Source of the DNA: Azolla caroliniana
Taxonomy: Eukaryota > Plantae > Polypodiophyta
Assembly (NCBI GenBank): GCA_043228905.1
Contig: JBHGNT010000011.1
Location: 13,702,001 to 13,766,000 of the forward strand
Length of the DNA stretch: 64,000 nt
Reading direction: 5' to 3'
Under the pieces are notes generated by a model, which saw nothing but the letters and a program-made list of their open reading frames with translations, did not search any database and had not been told where the DNA came from. This document shows positions 27,001 to 40,654 of this stretch, piece after piece; the first letter of the stretch is position 1, and the number at the start of each line of letters is the position of its first letter. The translations under genes and the position numbers were made by a program.

Positions 27001-30000
27001 TAACAATAAAATATTGCACATAAGTGCTTCAGAGTGTTGGCAGTCTAAATTCTTTGTAATGTATGAAGGAGTGATTCTCTTGTTTGGCCCAGGATTCTAT
27101 TAGTGAAAAATCTTTCTTAGGGTGATGGAAAAAAGTAACTATCTTAACAAAATTACATTCTTTTGACATAACGATGAAAATGGTTATATGACGTCAGTGT
27201 TATATGATCTCAGGCAGCCAGGACTTTCTGAAAATGGTTCCAGCCTTTTAGATAAACTAAGAGACGCCTTCTGTGCATCAGAAGAAAACATACTGGTGAA
27301 ATATACAGAAACAAAGGTTAAGCAAATCCTGATGCCTTCCCCTTCCCTAAATCCACCAATCACAATGGTGAATATATTACTCTGGTTCATTACAGATCAG
27401 ACATGACTGAAAAAGTATTATTTTCAGGCAACTGTCATAGGTACTGCTGCGGGTGCTTACTTTTTGGAAGATGGTATTCAATGGGGAGCTGCTCCAGATG
27501 TTAAGGTAGCTGTCTTTTTTTCCAAGTCTTTATTTGAAAGGAAAATGTGTTCAGACTTCTTTTTTCTGGCTAGGGAATACGCGATGCAGCAGTTGAGTTG
27601 CTACATCCTATTATTGCTGTACATGCAGAGGTATGACTTTATGATAAGACTATTCAAGTGTGTTTCTGTTTTTCTCTAACTAAGTTGTTTTTGAGAGGCT
27701 AGGTTATTTTTGTTTGTAGTTGTATGCTGGAGCAAAGCCATACTTAGAAAAGGCGTTACCAACCCTGATTGAGGGGTTAATGGATGCTTTATTGAATGTG
27801 TTGAACCAAAATTTGCTGAAGCAATTACGAGTTGTTGATCTGAATGGTTTTGCTCAACTGGCATTAGAGGTGATTCTAATTTTCTTGTTACCTTTTGAAT
27901 TGTTCTGGAATCATTGTCTGATTTCGATGAAACCCATATGTTTAGCTTAAGATTTAATGGAATTATGGAGATCTCATGAGCTTTCACATTGAGAGATGGC
28001 AGAAGAATACATGGAAATTTAAAATTTGGACATACACCACTTAAGCACAACAGAGGCAGTTGGAGAGGGGGATTTGAAGCCCCGATGAGGAATTGAAAAG
28101 GTGTTGCCTAACACTGCATTCATGCAACTGCAGCGAACATGGTGCCAGACCATTATCATGCACCCCAAAGTGGATTACATTTCTTGTATGCACTGGATGT
28201 AAATATGATTTCTCTTTTATTTCCTTTCTTTCTAGATGAAAGGAGAGTGGGTATATCTATTTCCTTTAGAGTGCGGAAGAAAAGGTGAGACAACTAAGCT
28301 TCAATTTGGGATAGCCATACTCCGCACACCAAGAAATGCAAAACAGTCACACACAGGTCAAAACATTGGTATTATTGCTAAGTACATGAATGCCCAATAT
28401 TGGGAGAGCTACCAAGAATATATGCCAGAAGTTCAAGTACACCTATTAGCATGATGGACATAGCTAGAGATCTCGTATGCTCATAGTAGAGAAGGTTGCC
28501 AATGTGTTGATGAGAAACAAACATGCCATGTTTGTGATCTTAATAGGCCAGAAACCCAGGAGTACGTTGTTTTGAAATGCATGGTATATGCAAGCATACA
28601 GGTAGATTCCCAAACTTCTCGGCAATGGGCACTCTGAATCTGTGTTAGGAAAAGTGTGGTCTCCCAAGGGTTTGTCAAAGGCGGTGGCCAGCATAATCGG
28701 AGTGAAGCAAGGGCGCCCACTATCGGTCTATCACCCACTCTCTTCGGTCTCTATATAGATGAGGTATCCCATTATGTAGAGAGATTTGGGAGTTCAGGAG
28801 CATGCCTAGCACGTATAGCTATACAAATATTGCTATATGTTGATGATATTGTGCTGATTTCTGACTCTCCTGAGGAACTACAAAGACATCTCAATGCCGT
28901 AAAACTATTTTGTACTAACAAAGGTTTGTCAATAAACATGGATAAAACTAAAGTGATGGTGTTCAACACCACTCAAGCATGGGCAACTAGATCAGAACCA
29001 GAATTCTTCTTGGGTGAGGAAAAGGTGGAATGCACATGCTCCTACACATACCTATGAGTAACATTTACAGGGCCTAGGTTCTCCATATAGGAGGCTGCTT
29101 GTGCCTGACTTGTGGATATGCAACCCTTTGTGCTCTTAAGAGACAATGTGCACATTTGTAGTTCCAAGAGCCACAAACTAAGTAGTGGTTACGTGATACA
29201 CTTGTCACACCAACTCTTCTCTGTGGAGTAGAAACATGGGGACTGAGTCTTAACAACGCGAGAATCATTGGAAAGATTTAGAGAGACCACTAGTATCAAT
29301 GATTGCCCGCATGATAGGGAGCAGAGCATTGGTGCCCCATGATATAATCCGGGCAGAGATGGGAACGACACCTATAATCACCGAGGCATTGTTCCAATCA
29401 GTGACATGTACCCAATGTCTTTGGGAGCTCCCGAAACGAAGGTACCGAAGGTTGGCACTTATGTCATCAAGACAACTGGCTGAAAATGGAGATGTTCATT
29501 GTTGGTATGCTGAAATGCAGCAATGGTTCAAGTCACATGGCATTGAGTATAAATGCACTACCCCCATTCCAATATAGCTTGAACTCTCCCCATCTAAATA
29601 TGACCAAAGTGGAAAAGAATAGAGTGATCCGAACTGATATTATTAACTTGGAAAACAAGATAACATGGATCAGCCCCAAAATACCACTTGGTACAAAGAT
29701 GGCCCACTATAAGACACACTTCTTACATACATCGGAGGATGGATTTGTCATCAGGCCACCTTATAGGGACATACATCTATCCTATGCGCTGCGTAGTGTG
29801 ATAGGGCAGCTGCGAACTTCATCACATCAGCTACAGATTGAGGTAGGCAGATATACACGACTACCTCTAGATTGTCTTTCCACTACGGATTCCGTTTGTG
29901 TAGCACTACATAATTCTGTATTCTCATCTCCAGATCAGATTTCCGTTTTTTTATCTGATTCTCTGATGCACTAATGTTATCTTTAAATCGTATCTAGTTC

Positions 30001-33000
30001 TCTTTTTTTTGTAACAAGTCATTTAACGTGGATGACTTGCTTATATCATGCAATCATCTATCTGTGAAGAAGGAAAGTTCAGTTTCATTCTAACTGTGAT
30101 TGGTATTGTTTGCAGCTTATGTACCTAGAAACTGTGCTTCAGGCTCATTTAACTGTATCAGCAAAAGCTACGTTAGCAACACTTCGTGAACAACTGAAAA
30201 AGAAGGTAATCGAGACAATGCGTGAGTTTGAACTTCATTCAAAGAGATCGACTAGGGGTACTATTGATGAAGGAGGGCCAGAGGAACGAAAAAATCTTCC
30301 CATTTCACCTGAAGAACTGAATGTAAGTGGTTTTTTACATGTCATCCATCTGTTTCATGAAAGAAAGAAAGATATATTAACGTCTTTTAAGAGTCCAAAA
30401 TGGCCTATAAGACCGAACAAGAGATTATGTCTTAAGCGTTGTCTTGTCTTTGAGAACAACAAATTATAACACAGACACTCCTGTCGAACCTCTAGTGCTT
30501 CCCGGTGTCCCAGGTTGGGAACGACATATTGACTCCCATCTATATCCTTGTACATCAGGGAGTTTGCCAGCCATGCATTGGTGGGTCACTGTATACATAG
30601 CACTATCCATGTTTTTGAATGTATCTTCAAAATATCCAACATCTTTCCGTAGAGAGCCATTGCACTTCCATATAGTCATGTGTAGGGTCTCATAGAAGAA
30701 AGAAAGAAGAAAGAAAGATATATTAATGTCTTTTAAGAGGCCAAAATGGCCTATAAGACCAAATAAGAGATTATATATTAAGTGTTGTCTCGTCTTTGAG
30801 AACAAATCAAAATTAAATAAATATTACACAGTAAAGATAAAAAGTAAATAACATGAAAAAAAAAGAAATGAGGGAATCTGGTTTTTGGCACATGTGAGAT
30901 CCTCAAGTTAGGTATATTGTAGCTTTTGTCTTCGAAAGATCTCTAGCATAGGTCGATCCAGAATGGAAATGTCTCCGAAGCGAGGGAAGCACCTACGATA
31001 GTGGGAGATAATGGCTTTTATCTGTCGATGACAAGGGTGTCGAGGTCGTGGTCCATGAGGCCGAGGCCTACGTGCATGGCAAATTGCCATTGCCCGATCA
31101 ATTGTAACCCCTTTGTTATGTCCTGGTCTGAAGCCCATTTGTGTATCCCGGGGTTGACTTTCTAGCATTAGGAGAAAGAAAGAAATAAAGATATATTGAC
31201 ATATTTTAAGAGGCCAAAATGGCCTGTAAGAACAAACAAGAGTTTACATCTTCAAATGTTGTCTCTGTCTTGGAGAACAACCAAAAAAATGCAACTAATT
31301 AAAGAGAATCCAGTTATCTATACTGTAAGCCTCTCAAATCAGATAGAATATAATTTCTGTATTTTAAATCTTAAAATGTTGTCTTGTGTTGGATAACAAA
31401 CTAACTAAATGTAACCAAAACAAAGAAGAAGTGGCTAAAAGAATCCTGTTATTTATACATGTAAGATTTTGAAGTCAGCCGAATATAAGTTCTGCATTTG
31501 AAGGATCTACGGCATGAAGCAATCTAGAATAGAGGGTCACTGAAATGAGGGAAACACATGTGATTCCAGGAGATTATGGCCTTTATTTGTTGATGACAAG
31601 GATGGTGTGGTCATGGTTCAGAGGGCTGGGGTCTATGTTGACGACATTTTGCTATTGCCCGATCTATTGCAATCCCTTTGCAATGTCTTGCTGAGGAGCC
31701 CAGTCCTGTAGCCTTGATTAACTTGTTGCATGCATATGAGCAATGGGGCTAAGGAAAGTTGTGATTGTTCGTTGTTGATGATCTTGTGTAGTTAAACTGT
31801 TGTCCAACAATGCCTCCATGTTACTTCTAGTCCCAAGCGCTATTGGTTCTCATATTTCATTACCTTGCATAGTGGGCCAAAGCTTTAGTTAAAGATGCAG
31901 TGGCATCTCCCTCTTATTTCATAAGAAACATTACATTGACAAACACAATATTCTTCAGATTTCACTCCCACCTTCTGATAAATGCAATTATCAGATTCTT
32001 TCTTTCAGAGGTGTGTGTATATCTGCCTACCTCAATCTCTAAATATTTCAATCTGCAGCTACCTCAATTTAGTTCATGGCTTTTCAGAAATACATAAAAC
32101 AACAAAAATTCCTCTTTTTATGGGCTCTATGCTCCATAGTAAGGGCTCAAAGGGTCAATATGCGATTGAAAAGTTGTGAGGCTCTTTCAAAAGCCTGCCT
32201 ATCCTGCTGAACGACAGCCTTACCTCTCTGCCCATATACTCAACTCTGGCCGTAGTATCAAGCCATATAGTTTAGCCAAATAATGGTCAATCATGATTGT
32301 CCTATTGTTGCTCGGCATCATGGGGTCTCCACTCTTGAAGATTGGTATAATGATATACTCTATCTGGCTAGTAGGGAAACCTTCACACGTAGCTCTATTA
32401 AGGTATGGATCATCAGCGGACAAGTTGTGACAGGTATAGATCAAGTTCTCAGGTATCAATCCATCATGATGTTGGGCCATTCCAAATTGTAACTGATAAA
32501 TGTCATTTCTTGCATATTGTGGATTAAAAAAAGGTAGATCCACATCATCGTGTGAATGTGGGTGGATGAGTGGGGTTCCTCAGGGATATCATTCATGCCA
32601 CTATGGGTGAGGTCAGTTCTGTGGTAGATTGGGTCTCCTAACACATTTTCCTTGCTCTTTTACTTTCTTGTCATGGGAACAAAAGATACATGTGTGCTTC
32701 AAATTTAGCCAAATCTGATCTCTTTCCTCATAAGGTGCTGGAAGGTTGTTATTGCTTTTTTGTGCGTATAAATTCCGATTTTCCTTGTACCCCAACATTC
32801 CTCATGATACCAACTATTCTGTGGGGCTCTACCAGGTTTGGATGTATTGACAGTTATGTGAGGAAAGGCATTTGTGGCTGATTTATGCTGTGACTTCGAT
32901 GATCCTTGTGTAACTTCCTCTAGGGGTGTGAAAGGGTCCAAATCTAGCATGCATATACTCCACAGCTATACACAAACTATTTTCCAGCTAAACAATTATT

Positions 33001-34478
33001 TTTCAAACCACTCTTCTTCTTAGAATACACATCCTTTATGCATTCATTCACCTAGCATAGCTATTCGTGATTTGCTGCCAAGGTGGTAGGTCTGCCAGAG
33101 ATGGAGATAGCTATCTCTCTTATATTGGCTATAACAGATGGGGATACCATCAGGTAATCTGTTCTTGCACCACCCTTTGGGTTCCATAATGTCAAAGCAT
33201 CTGATCTGGACCATTGCGATAAAGCATTACATATCACAAATCCATGTACACTTCCCAAGTCTAGAAAGTGTTTGCCATGTACACTTCCCACTCCTATCAT
33301 GAGCTTTTTGCTTTAGACCAACTTCTTTTGCCATAAATTCTCAATACACGGCTTCATTTGTGTTGAATATAGTTGTTTGGTCATTTTTAGTTGGTGCATT
33401 GAAGTCTCCTAGTAGTGCAATATTCCCCATACTAGCAAATCTTACTATAGCATTGTATAATGGTAGATATGCTGATTACCTTGCCTTCTTTGACATCTAA
33501 TGAAATGTGCCTTTTGGGTACTTTTGCACCATTCAGTCACTACCTGGGGGTGCTCCTATCTTGTCCTTTCTTCTATGGTATCTTCTTGGGGTTCTTTAGT
33601 AATCCGGCCCATCTTCATATGTGGTGAGAGCCATGTCTTCATTCTCTCTCCATTTGGAGTCCATGCCATGATTTTTTGTAGTTAAGATTGAATCTCCTAT
33701 CTTAAAAGATCTCCAGCATGGGTTGGTCCAAGATGGAGGGATCCAAAGTGATGTCAGGTGATAATGGCCTTGATTTGTTGACAAGTGTGACGAAGCTGTG
33801 GTCCAGATGGATATGGTTTACATGCATGGCAAATCTCTATTGTTCATCTATTGTATCCCCTTCCTAATGTTGTGTTAAGACCCTACTTGTGTTGCTCTTG
33901 ATTGTCTTGTAACATGGGAAGGTAATGAATTGAAATTAGATGTTAACATCTTCAAAAAGCCATTACCTATGAAACCGACATATGTGTATATGAAGCCAAA
34001 TTAGACTTTATTATTATAAAGGTACATGTATGGATACTTCATATTGCATTATATTGGATACTACTGAAAAATGCTTTATATACTCACCAATTTCTGGTTG
34101 CAGGTATTGGAACAACAAATTTGTGCAAGGTTTCTTCAGGTAGAGTTAAACAGAACGAGACTGAATACAATTTGCTTCAGACATGGGCATGAAGTGCAGC
34201 AATCAGAGTATGGTCCTGAGAGTCGTCTTGCTAAACTCTCTGATGTTATCAATAACCGGTCTAGTCCAGCAGCAGCTTCAAGACATCGAAGACGGATGTC
34301 TGGTTCAAGCTTGTCAGATTCTGAGTCTGGAAAGCCGTCCTACACCGGATACCCGCCACAATCACCGTTGAGTCAGTCAGGCTATACTAGCTCCGATATT
34401 GGGAGTGAAATTAGCATTAATGATAATCGATTGCGAAACACTGACCGATATAATATCCAAAGATCCCTGAGACATTGA
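15070..34478 (+). CDS. SEC5: Exocyst complex component SEC5 (EXOC2), 21 exons
   Basis: Plant SEC5 motifs ELLQRALEAQAKR, ESEVELLSLSS, EPESWKRVDEGELAR, FDPKLFLSHIHQ, LVKENFDCFVSCKSTIDDI, AERIRSVQGMLQRFRTLFNLP, HQRLLMVLSNVGYCK, ELNRTRLNTICF. Exons read by eye, all GT-AG and in frame: 15070-15564, 19591-19736, 19883-19977, 20667-20861, 20942-21069, 21610-21768, 21894-21998, 22128-22202, 22280-22417, 22493-22687, 23625-23759, 25395-25521, 25853-26063, 26151-26266, 26472-26697, 27214-27316, 27428-27505, 27574-27630, 27720-27869, 30116-30322, 34104-34478. Confidence 0.95.
16586..17045. repeat. Tandem duplication, period about 229 bp (SEC5 intron 1)
   Basis: TTTGTGTGTGCATGTCATATAACCTATAGG... starts at 16586 and again at 16815, with only a few substitutions. 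Confidence 0.95.
17203..17429. repeat. Tandem duplication, period about 117 bp
   Basis: AGAGAGACCAATGTGGGAGTCTTGACATGATTT...CTCGTGGACTAGTTGTAATGG occurs twice. Confidence 0.9.
17850..18710 (+). pseudogene. Degenerate LINE RT fragment (SEC5 intron 1), related to the copy at 28.7-29.9 kb
   Basis: AILLYAND and KTKMMAFNT motifs. Collinear nucleotide similarity to 28780-29750 (e.g. TTCAGGAGCATG, GATTTCTGACTC, GACAACTGGC). Confidence 0.75.
28690..29870 (+). pseudogene. 5'-truncated LINE reverse transcriptase fragment (SEC5 intron 19)
   Basis: LSPTLFGLYID, ILLYVDDIVL, LQRHLN, INMDKTKVMVF, YTYL, and C-terminal QLRTSSHQLQIEVGRY. Interrupted by stops and frameshifts. Confidence 0.9.
30359..33990 (-). 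mobile_element. Cluster of antisense LINE relics and repeated short terminal modules (SEC5 intron 20)
   Basis: Minus-strand endonuclease motifs (IWKCNGSL...RGSTGVSVL; LLGDFNAP; TDYLMVSP) and RT N-terminus (IIPIFKSGDP..NNRTIMI.HYLAKLYG). A module of about 110 bp with a (TTTC)n tail repeats at 30359, 30695 and 31173. Confidence 0.8.
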
Positions 34479-37400
34479 GTCTACTCTCATGTGATATTTA
34501 GAGTCAGATCCTGTGACATGCCCACGGCATTTTAATGTCAAAAGATTCCTCCATTTTTTAAGCTAGATGGTATATTTGTGTGGAGGGGCGGGATTTGTTG
34601 ATGTCAATGTATTGTGGATGCTGTCGATGGATTATCATCCAAAAGTCATTATACAGTAGGTGTTGCTATTCATTATTGCTGCATTTTTATAAGAATGAAC
34701 TGTTTGTAAATAAAACAATAATTGCTGTATTGTGTACCATATGGAACAGTGCAGTTTGTTTTTCCACTGAGTACAAGTGCTACATTACAATAATAACCCA
34801 GGTGTTCAAGGTGCTCACTAAATACTGTAGAAATATATTCAGGCATTATAAAATAATCATTGATTCAAGTATCTTGCCACTGAGTGGGTTGAGATCCTAA
34901 ATACTGGAAGGTGCTAGTGAAGCAAATATGGATGTAGTTATTCAGAACAATTGACTGGTGAGTTTGTTACAAAGTAGTGGGCTTGAGCTCCATGTTAATT
35001 TTAAGCCAAAAGATTTTATGCCAAGGGGAAATCACTTTTTGTTGGGATGTTCCGATCACTTCTCTGTCAATTTTTTTTTTGTCTGATTGGATCTCCTCTT
35101 TAATGCAAATCTAACCGCAGGCCATTGTAAAATACTAATTTAACCCTACGCTTCAATTTTTTAAAATGTTAGAAATGTGGAAGTAGTTAAAGCTAATTTT
35201 CATCTTTGTCTTTCTAGAGGAAAGAAATTATATTGTAAAGTCAACTCATAAAGAGAAGGGTGGTAACTACAAGATTATACTCTTGCTTGACTGAAGGTCA
35301 TGTGTGTGCTCAATGAAGAACTAAATGTAGGTATGTTGAAACCTTTGATAGCAAAAATGTAGTTTTGTTAACTATTATTTATTTATGCTTGAGCTGTATG
35401 TCTTCCAATGCTATTTGTAGAGGATCTAATTAACGGGTTCTTTACTTGCAATTATTGTATGCATATATGTATCTATTGTTAAAAATACAATAAAAGATGT
35501 AGCTCTGATATGTAGTGGATGAACAAGTATTTGTTTATTCTAGGATGGTGTGGGAGCCAAGGAAAGAGAGATATAAAGCAAGATTGTTTTGCGTCATAAT
35601 ATAATCCTTCCATAATCCATCATGAAACAAACCTTTTTGAGTCATGTAATAATAGACATGAATATGTTATATTTTCTTTTGATATTTCCAATTGTAACAT
35701 TAAAATTTCCTTTAATCAACGCTTCACCAAGATTCTCAAAAAAGTTATATTGTGATATAAGTTTGTGAAAGGATCATTATTTTTCAACTCAAATCTACGA
35801 TAGCAATATGACCCTTTATGAGGAATGTGAATGTAGAGCTTATCTTTTCCCAAATTAAACTTTATCCATAAGTATCACTAATAATTATCATACATGTTTT
35901 TATGTAATGATCTAAGGTCTTATGGTATGTATATGTTATCCCTACATTCTTGATATTCTCTTTGAAGCGAGGCCATATTGAATTTATAAAAAACCATCTA
36001 TCGTAAGTATGTGTTTTTCCTCGCGCTCTAAAGTTTTAGCCAAAAATATATTATCAATACCATGAGCTATATCACTTAGACGTAGCCCTTCTTCCATGGA
36101 TATTTTTGTTTTACCATTCCAAAACATGATTTTTAAGCTTGAGTGTGTGTCCTATATGTCTTCGATTCATTTTGAATTGCTTTTCTAAATGCATTTCCTT
36201 GTGTGTGTTTTTACTTGAAACTTGTACCCTTTAGATACACTTCACTACTATAAAAATTATAGCCCCTTTGCGTTCATTTAGATTGAGCAAACAATAGCTT
36301 GATAAAATGTTCCTTCTAACCTTTTCTTATCAACCCTACGTGTGGCATATACGATAACATCTTGCATAACAAAGTGATCTTTGAATAATTTTGCAATACT
36401 CTTTATAAGGGAAAGTGTGTTTTGTGATTCATCCTATTATATGCCTCTAATAACAACATTATTCTTTCTGTTTTCAATTTCAAATGGTTCTTCTATATCT
36501 AGCACATTCTTACTAGTACATTCTTACTGTTGGACTTCATTCCAAATTTTGCATGCATTATGGTTTTTGGTGTTTATTTTAGGAGAATATCTTTTTGAAC
36601 ATTACATATCTATGTGCATCTTCATTAGCATCTCTTTTTCTCCTTCTAGTCTTAGCATTTTTCTTTCTATTTCAAGCATAGGGTTAGCTCATGTTTGAAG
36701 AGTCATGTTCAATATATAACCTTTAGACCTTGAGCATTCTGGAAGTATATAAGGTTTTTGTATCACTATACTCAATGACTTGATGAGGAGATTCTTCCAA
36801 ACCTTGCCGTTATTTCTTAAAGAAATCAACAATGGCCAAGAGTTATTTATCATGAACTTGGTCTTCATAATGTTGAATTTTTGTGAGTAAAAGCTACTTG
36901 TTGTCCGTTATCTCCTAGTTTTAATAGGACAATCCTAAAAGCAAAATCAAATGTATAAGCTTCAATTAGAAATATTTTACTTAAATTAAGATGGGCTAAA
37001 TTTGGTGCAAATGTAAATGCTCATTTAATATTAGTAAATGTCTTTTCTGCCACAATAGACGAGACAAATGGTTGATTCTATTGTGTAAGTTGTATTAGAG
37101 GCAAAGTAATCCTTGCATAGTTCTTCATGAATTTACAATAAAAATTCAGAAACCCGTTGTTGTAGATATGGAGTGTAAAGGCACTGTACCTAACTAATGC
37201 GAAGTATCTTTTTATAAATAACTAAAAATCGTAAACCCTAAAAAACATTGGATGTTTGCCAATCTAGCACGTTTTAAAGTTTAATTCAATCCATTAAGAA
37301 ACCATTACATGAACTGACATAGGCTAGGAAATTCTACCTAGTTGCTATCAAAACAACATTTCTCCAGCTTTGCGTAGCGATCATATTAATGATGACACGA

Positions 37401-37739
37401 ATATAGATTAGAGGGGCAAGAATAAGATCATAAAATGAGAATAAGAAGCTAAAAACAAGAGGGGTAATTGGACAATGCTCATATCATGATACATAAATGG
37501 TGTTGATCTCATTGATTTCAAAACAAAGATCAACCCATCATATATGTACATGGAATCAAGCATGCTAATTCTAGCATGCTTGTTAGGTCTTTACATACTC
37601 AATTTCTCTTTTACCAATTCCCATATACCAAGTCTCTTCTTTACTCAATCTACCCATATACTCAACTCTCCAATATCAATGCAGAAAGACTAATGTCTCA
37701 TATTCAAGTATACATATCCATGGCCATGACACATGAAGT

Positions 37740-38203
37740 GAACAATCGGCAACAGTTCGGTTCGGTTTGAGAGGGTCCAAACCAAACCATTTAAATTTGT
37801 TGAAATCTGAACCGAACTAGGAAACCATTAAACCTTTTTCAAACCGTTAAACCATTAAACCGTAAAAACCGCGGGTTCGTGGTTCGGTTTCGGTTTTCAA
37901 CTTAGGTCAAATTTTAATTTTAAATTTATAATATTTCATTATTTTAAATTTTTTAAAATTTAAAGATGTTCCTAAAATGTGAGAATAAGGTCTAAAAATG
38001 AAAAGATTGTTTAAAAACAAATTTTTAAATTTTATAAATAAATAAATAAATAAATAACCATTAAACTATTTAAACTGCGGTTTCTGATTGTTGAAAACGA
38101 ACTGAACCGTGTTAAAAAACCTAAACCTGAATCGAACCGTTAAGCCGTTAAGCCATGGTTTTCCGGTTCGGTTCGGTTCAAACCGAACAGTTGCCAATTG
38201 TTA
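37740..38203. mobile_element. Non-autonomous hAT-type MITE, copy 2 (inverted relative to copy 1)
   Basis: TIRs GAACAATCGGCAACAGTTCGG / CCGAACAGTTGCCAATTGTTA. Perfect 8-bp TSD CATGAAGT (37732-37739 and 38204-38211). The interior resembles the reverse complement of 3154-3622. Confidence 0.92.
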
Positions 38204-39779
38204 CATGAAGTCATTTTAGCGCTTGATGAACATGAATATCATTTTGCTCTTGTCTTTTGGAATGAACCAAGATATCATCTAGGGAGATGATTAAGAAGAT
38301 GTCAAGAAAATCTTGGAAAATATCATTAGTCATAGTTGAAAGACCATGGTACATTTGTAAGACCTAATGGCATTATCTTGTATTCAAAATGGTTGTCTCG
38401 AGTAGAAAATGTCATCTTGCACTCATTATCTATGAAAAAGGCTATATGCACCTTGTAGATCAATCTTAGTGAAATACTTAGGTCCATTCTAAGAGATTGT
38501 AGATCGAAAGTAGAGCATACCTATTGCATATGGTCATTTATTCAAAATTTATATTGTGTGACCAATCAAAGAGACCCACATTTTTCTTAACAAAGAGAAT
38601 ATGGGAAGTTGTAGGGGATTGTGTTTCGAATGAAACGCAAGATCCTCACAAATTGTAGACCGATCCCCATGGTGGCACTTTCATGTGTAGTAGATCAATA
38701 GGACAACCATAAGATTAATGTTCTAGGAATGAGATAGCTTTGACTATGTCAATTACATCTATGAGTTCTTGGTACTTCTTTCGAAGTTGAACCTTTGACT
38801 TAATTTGAGAATCACTAAAAGGCTTTCTTATCGATATAATTAGAAACATTTCCTCCTTTTGTCCTTGCTCGCATACTCTTGCAAGCGAATAGCCCCCTAC
38901 AAGACTCTACCCTAAATTCAATCCCCCCATTTTTATCAAAGTAAAGACACATACAAAGACATATACAATCACACTCACAAAAATATATGTATAATAAACA
39001 ATACAAACATACCCACATTACCCCTTCACACCCTCAAATTATTTCATGCACGCATACATTTACATGTACATTTACATGAATGTGTTCATGTGTTCTCATG
39101 CCAACAATACACTCAAATATATCCACCAACAAACATACATATAAGTTCACACTCACGTTGATAACAAACACACATGAACATTTGCACATATACACACTTA
39201 GTGTGCCTATTGATATTCAAGTAAACTCATATCCACTTGCAAAACACTCACATATTTACCCATTCCAACACACATAATCGCTAAGTACAAACACATTATT
39301 CCCTAAGCAAAGTGTCTTAATTACAAGTGTACCAATGTGAATCAAACAAGAAGCACAAAGGAGTGCCAACTCATATGTTGACTCCCACAATCCATTATTG
39401 TCAAGCCATCTTCCTTGGTTTAGGTTCCTAGTGGTTCTGCTCTACATTTCACATGCACACTCAAATTCATGCGACAACATATATGGATTGTAGTTTTGAA
39501 ACCCAAAAATGCGGGATTGTCATTGTTAGTTCCCCATGTCTAATATGGAGATCTCATTGTACAATTTGAAGCACATCATGCCATGGACAAGAGTCTAATC
39601 TTATGACTTCTTCAATGATGAGCTCAACCAGTTTAGCCAAGATCGTCTTAAGTTTTGTGTTCTTGATAGCAAGGGGCTTGACCATCCTACATAGTTCTTT
39701 TATTAACAAGAACACCTTACTTTGTGGGATTTGTTGTAGCAAAGCCACATTAATTCTACTTCAATATGCCACTACATGA

Positions 39780-40330
39780 TGCAAAGATCTTATTAATGTT
39801 CATAGGGAATAAATCATGGACGCACCTTCTCTGTAATATGATTTTCCTCTTGTGTCTTTGTGATATAGTGAAGTTCAGTTGCTCCGTGGGTTTTTCCCAT
39901 TTTAGGGTTTCGACGTAAAATGTGTGTACTGTGTATTTTGTTGTTTTTAGTTTTGTACTTATTTCAACATATCTTTCTCGTCCATCTACGATTCATATCC
40001 CAACAAACAGTTCACGACGAACCTCGGTCTTTGGATCACTGACCAGCCGAGCTTGAGGGGGAGTAAGAAATAAGGAGCTGTTCGACATGAAGTCGAACGG
40101 AGCGAAATGAACACATGAGTCGAGACCAGACCAGTCCAGACCAACTATTGGGCGACCGAAAGTTGTGTTCGAGGGGGCGTGTCGAGAGTTGAGAATCAAA
40201 CTCAACTTCCCTAGTGTGGGGAACACACCTTAGTATACTAAAGCGTGTGTAACACCCCACCTCCTAGTATATAGTAACTAGTGTATCATGGAACTTATAT
40301 ATATGAACATTGAGAACTCAAGAACCGTGC
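39780..40330 (+). mobile_element. Possible copia LTR remnants upstream of the S18 gene
   Basis: GTGGGTTTTTCCC..AGGGTTTCGACGTAAAA...TTCAACA resembles an LTR 3' end. PPT-like GCTTGAGGGGGAGT at about 40051. GAGGGGGCG|TGT at about 40171 is the same junction as in the copia element at 43 kb. Confidence 0.35.
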
Positions 40331-40437
40331 AACGAAAACAACTGCACACAGAGAAGTGCTTGATCTTGAAGTATCGGGCAATACTGAAGCAATCAAAGTC
40401 ATGGTAGGAACCCGAATCGAGAGCCTCATCAAGGCAT

Positions 40438-40484
40438 GGCAAGGCAAGGCAAGGCAAGGCAGGGCAGGGCAGGGCAGGGCAGGG
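40438..40484. repeat. (GGCAA)n/(GGCAG)n pentanucleotide microsatellite
   Basis: Directly visible. Confidence 0.95.
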
Positions 40485-40597
40485 CTTGGAAAGATGGATA
40501 CCCTCCAAAAAGGGGTTTCAAAAAATTTAAGAAATAGGAATGAGAAGCAAATATTATGTCATATTTATGTTTCTGTCCCTTTGGGCAGAAGGAGAAG

Positions 40598-40636
40598 GAG
40601 ACAGAGACAGAGACAGAGACAGAGACAGAGACAGAG
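40598..40636 (+). repeat. (GAGACA)n microsatellite in the 5' leader of the S18 gene
   Basis: Directly visible, about 20 bp upstream of ATG 40655. Confidence 0.95.
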
Positions 40637-40654
40637 GAAGACAGAGAACAGAGG

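Noticed and set aside
3154-38203. Composite transposon formed by the two inverted MITEs around SEC5
   Set aside because: Each copy has its own distinct 8-bp TSD, so they are independent insertions.
35600-38800. AT-rich region with possible decayed TE coding sequence (similar cases at 4.0-5.4 kb and 13.0-14.4 kb)
   Set aside because: Too degenerate to assign a family by eye.
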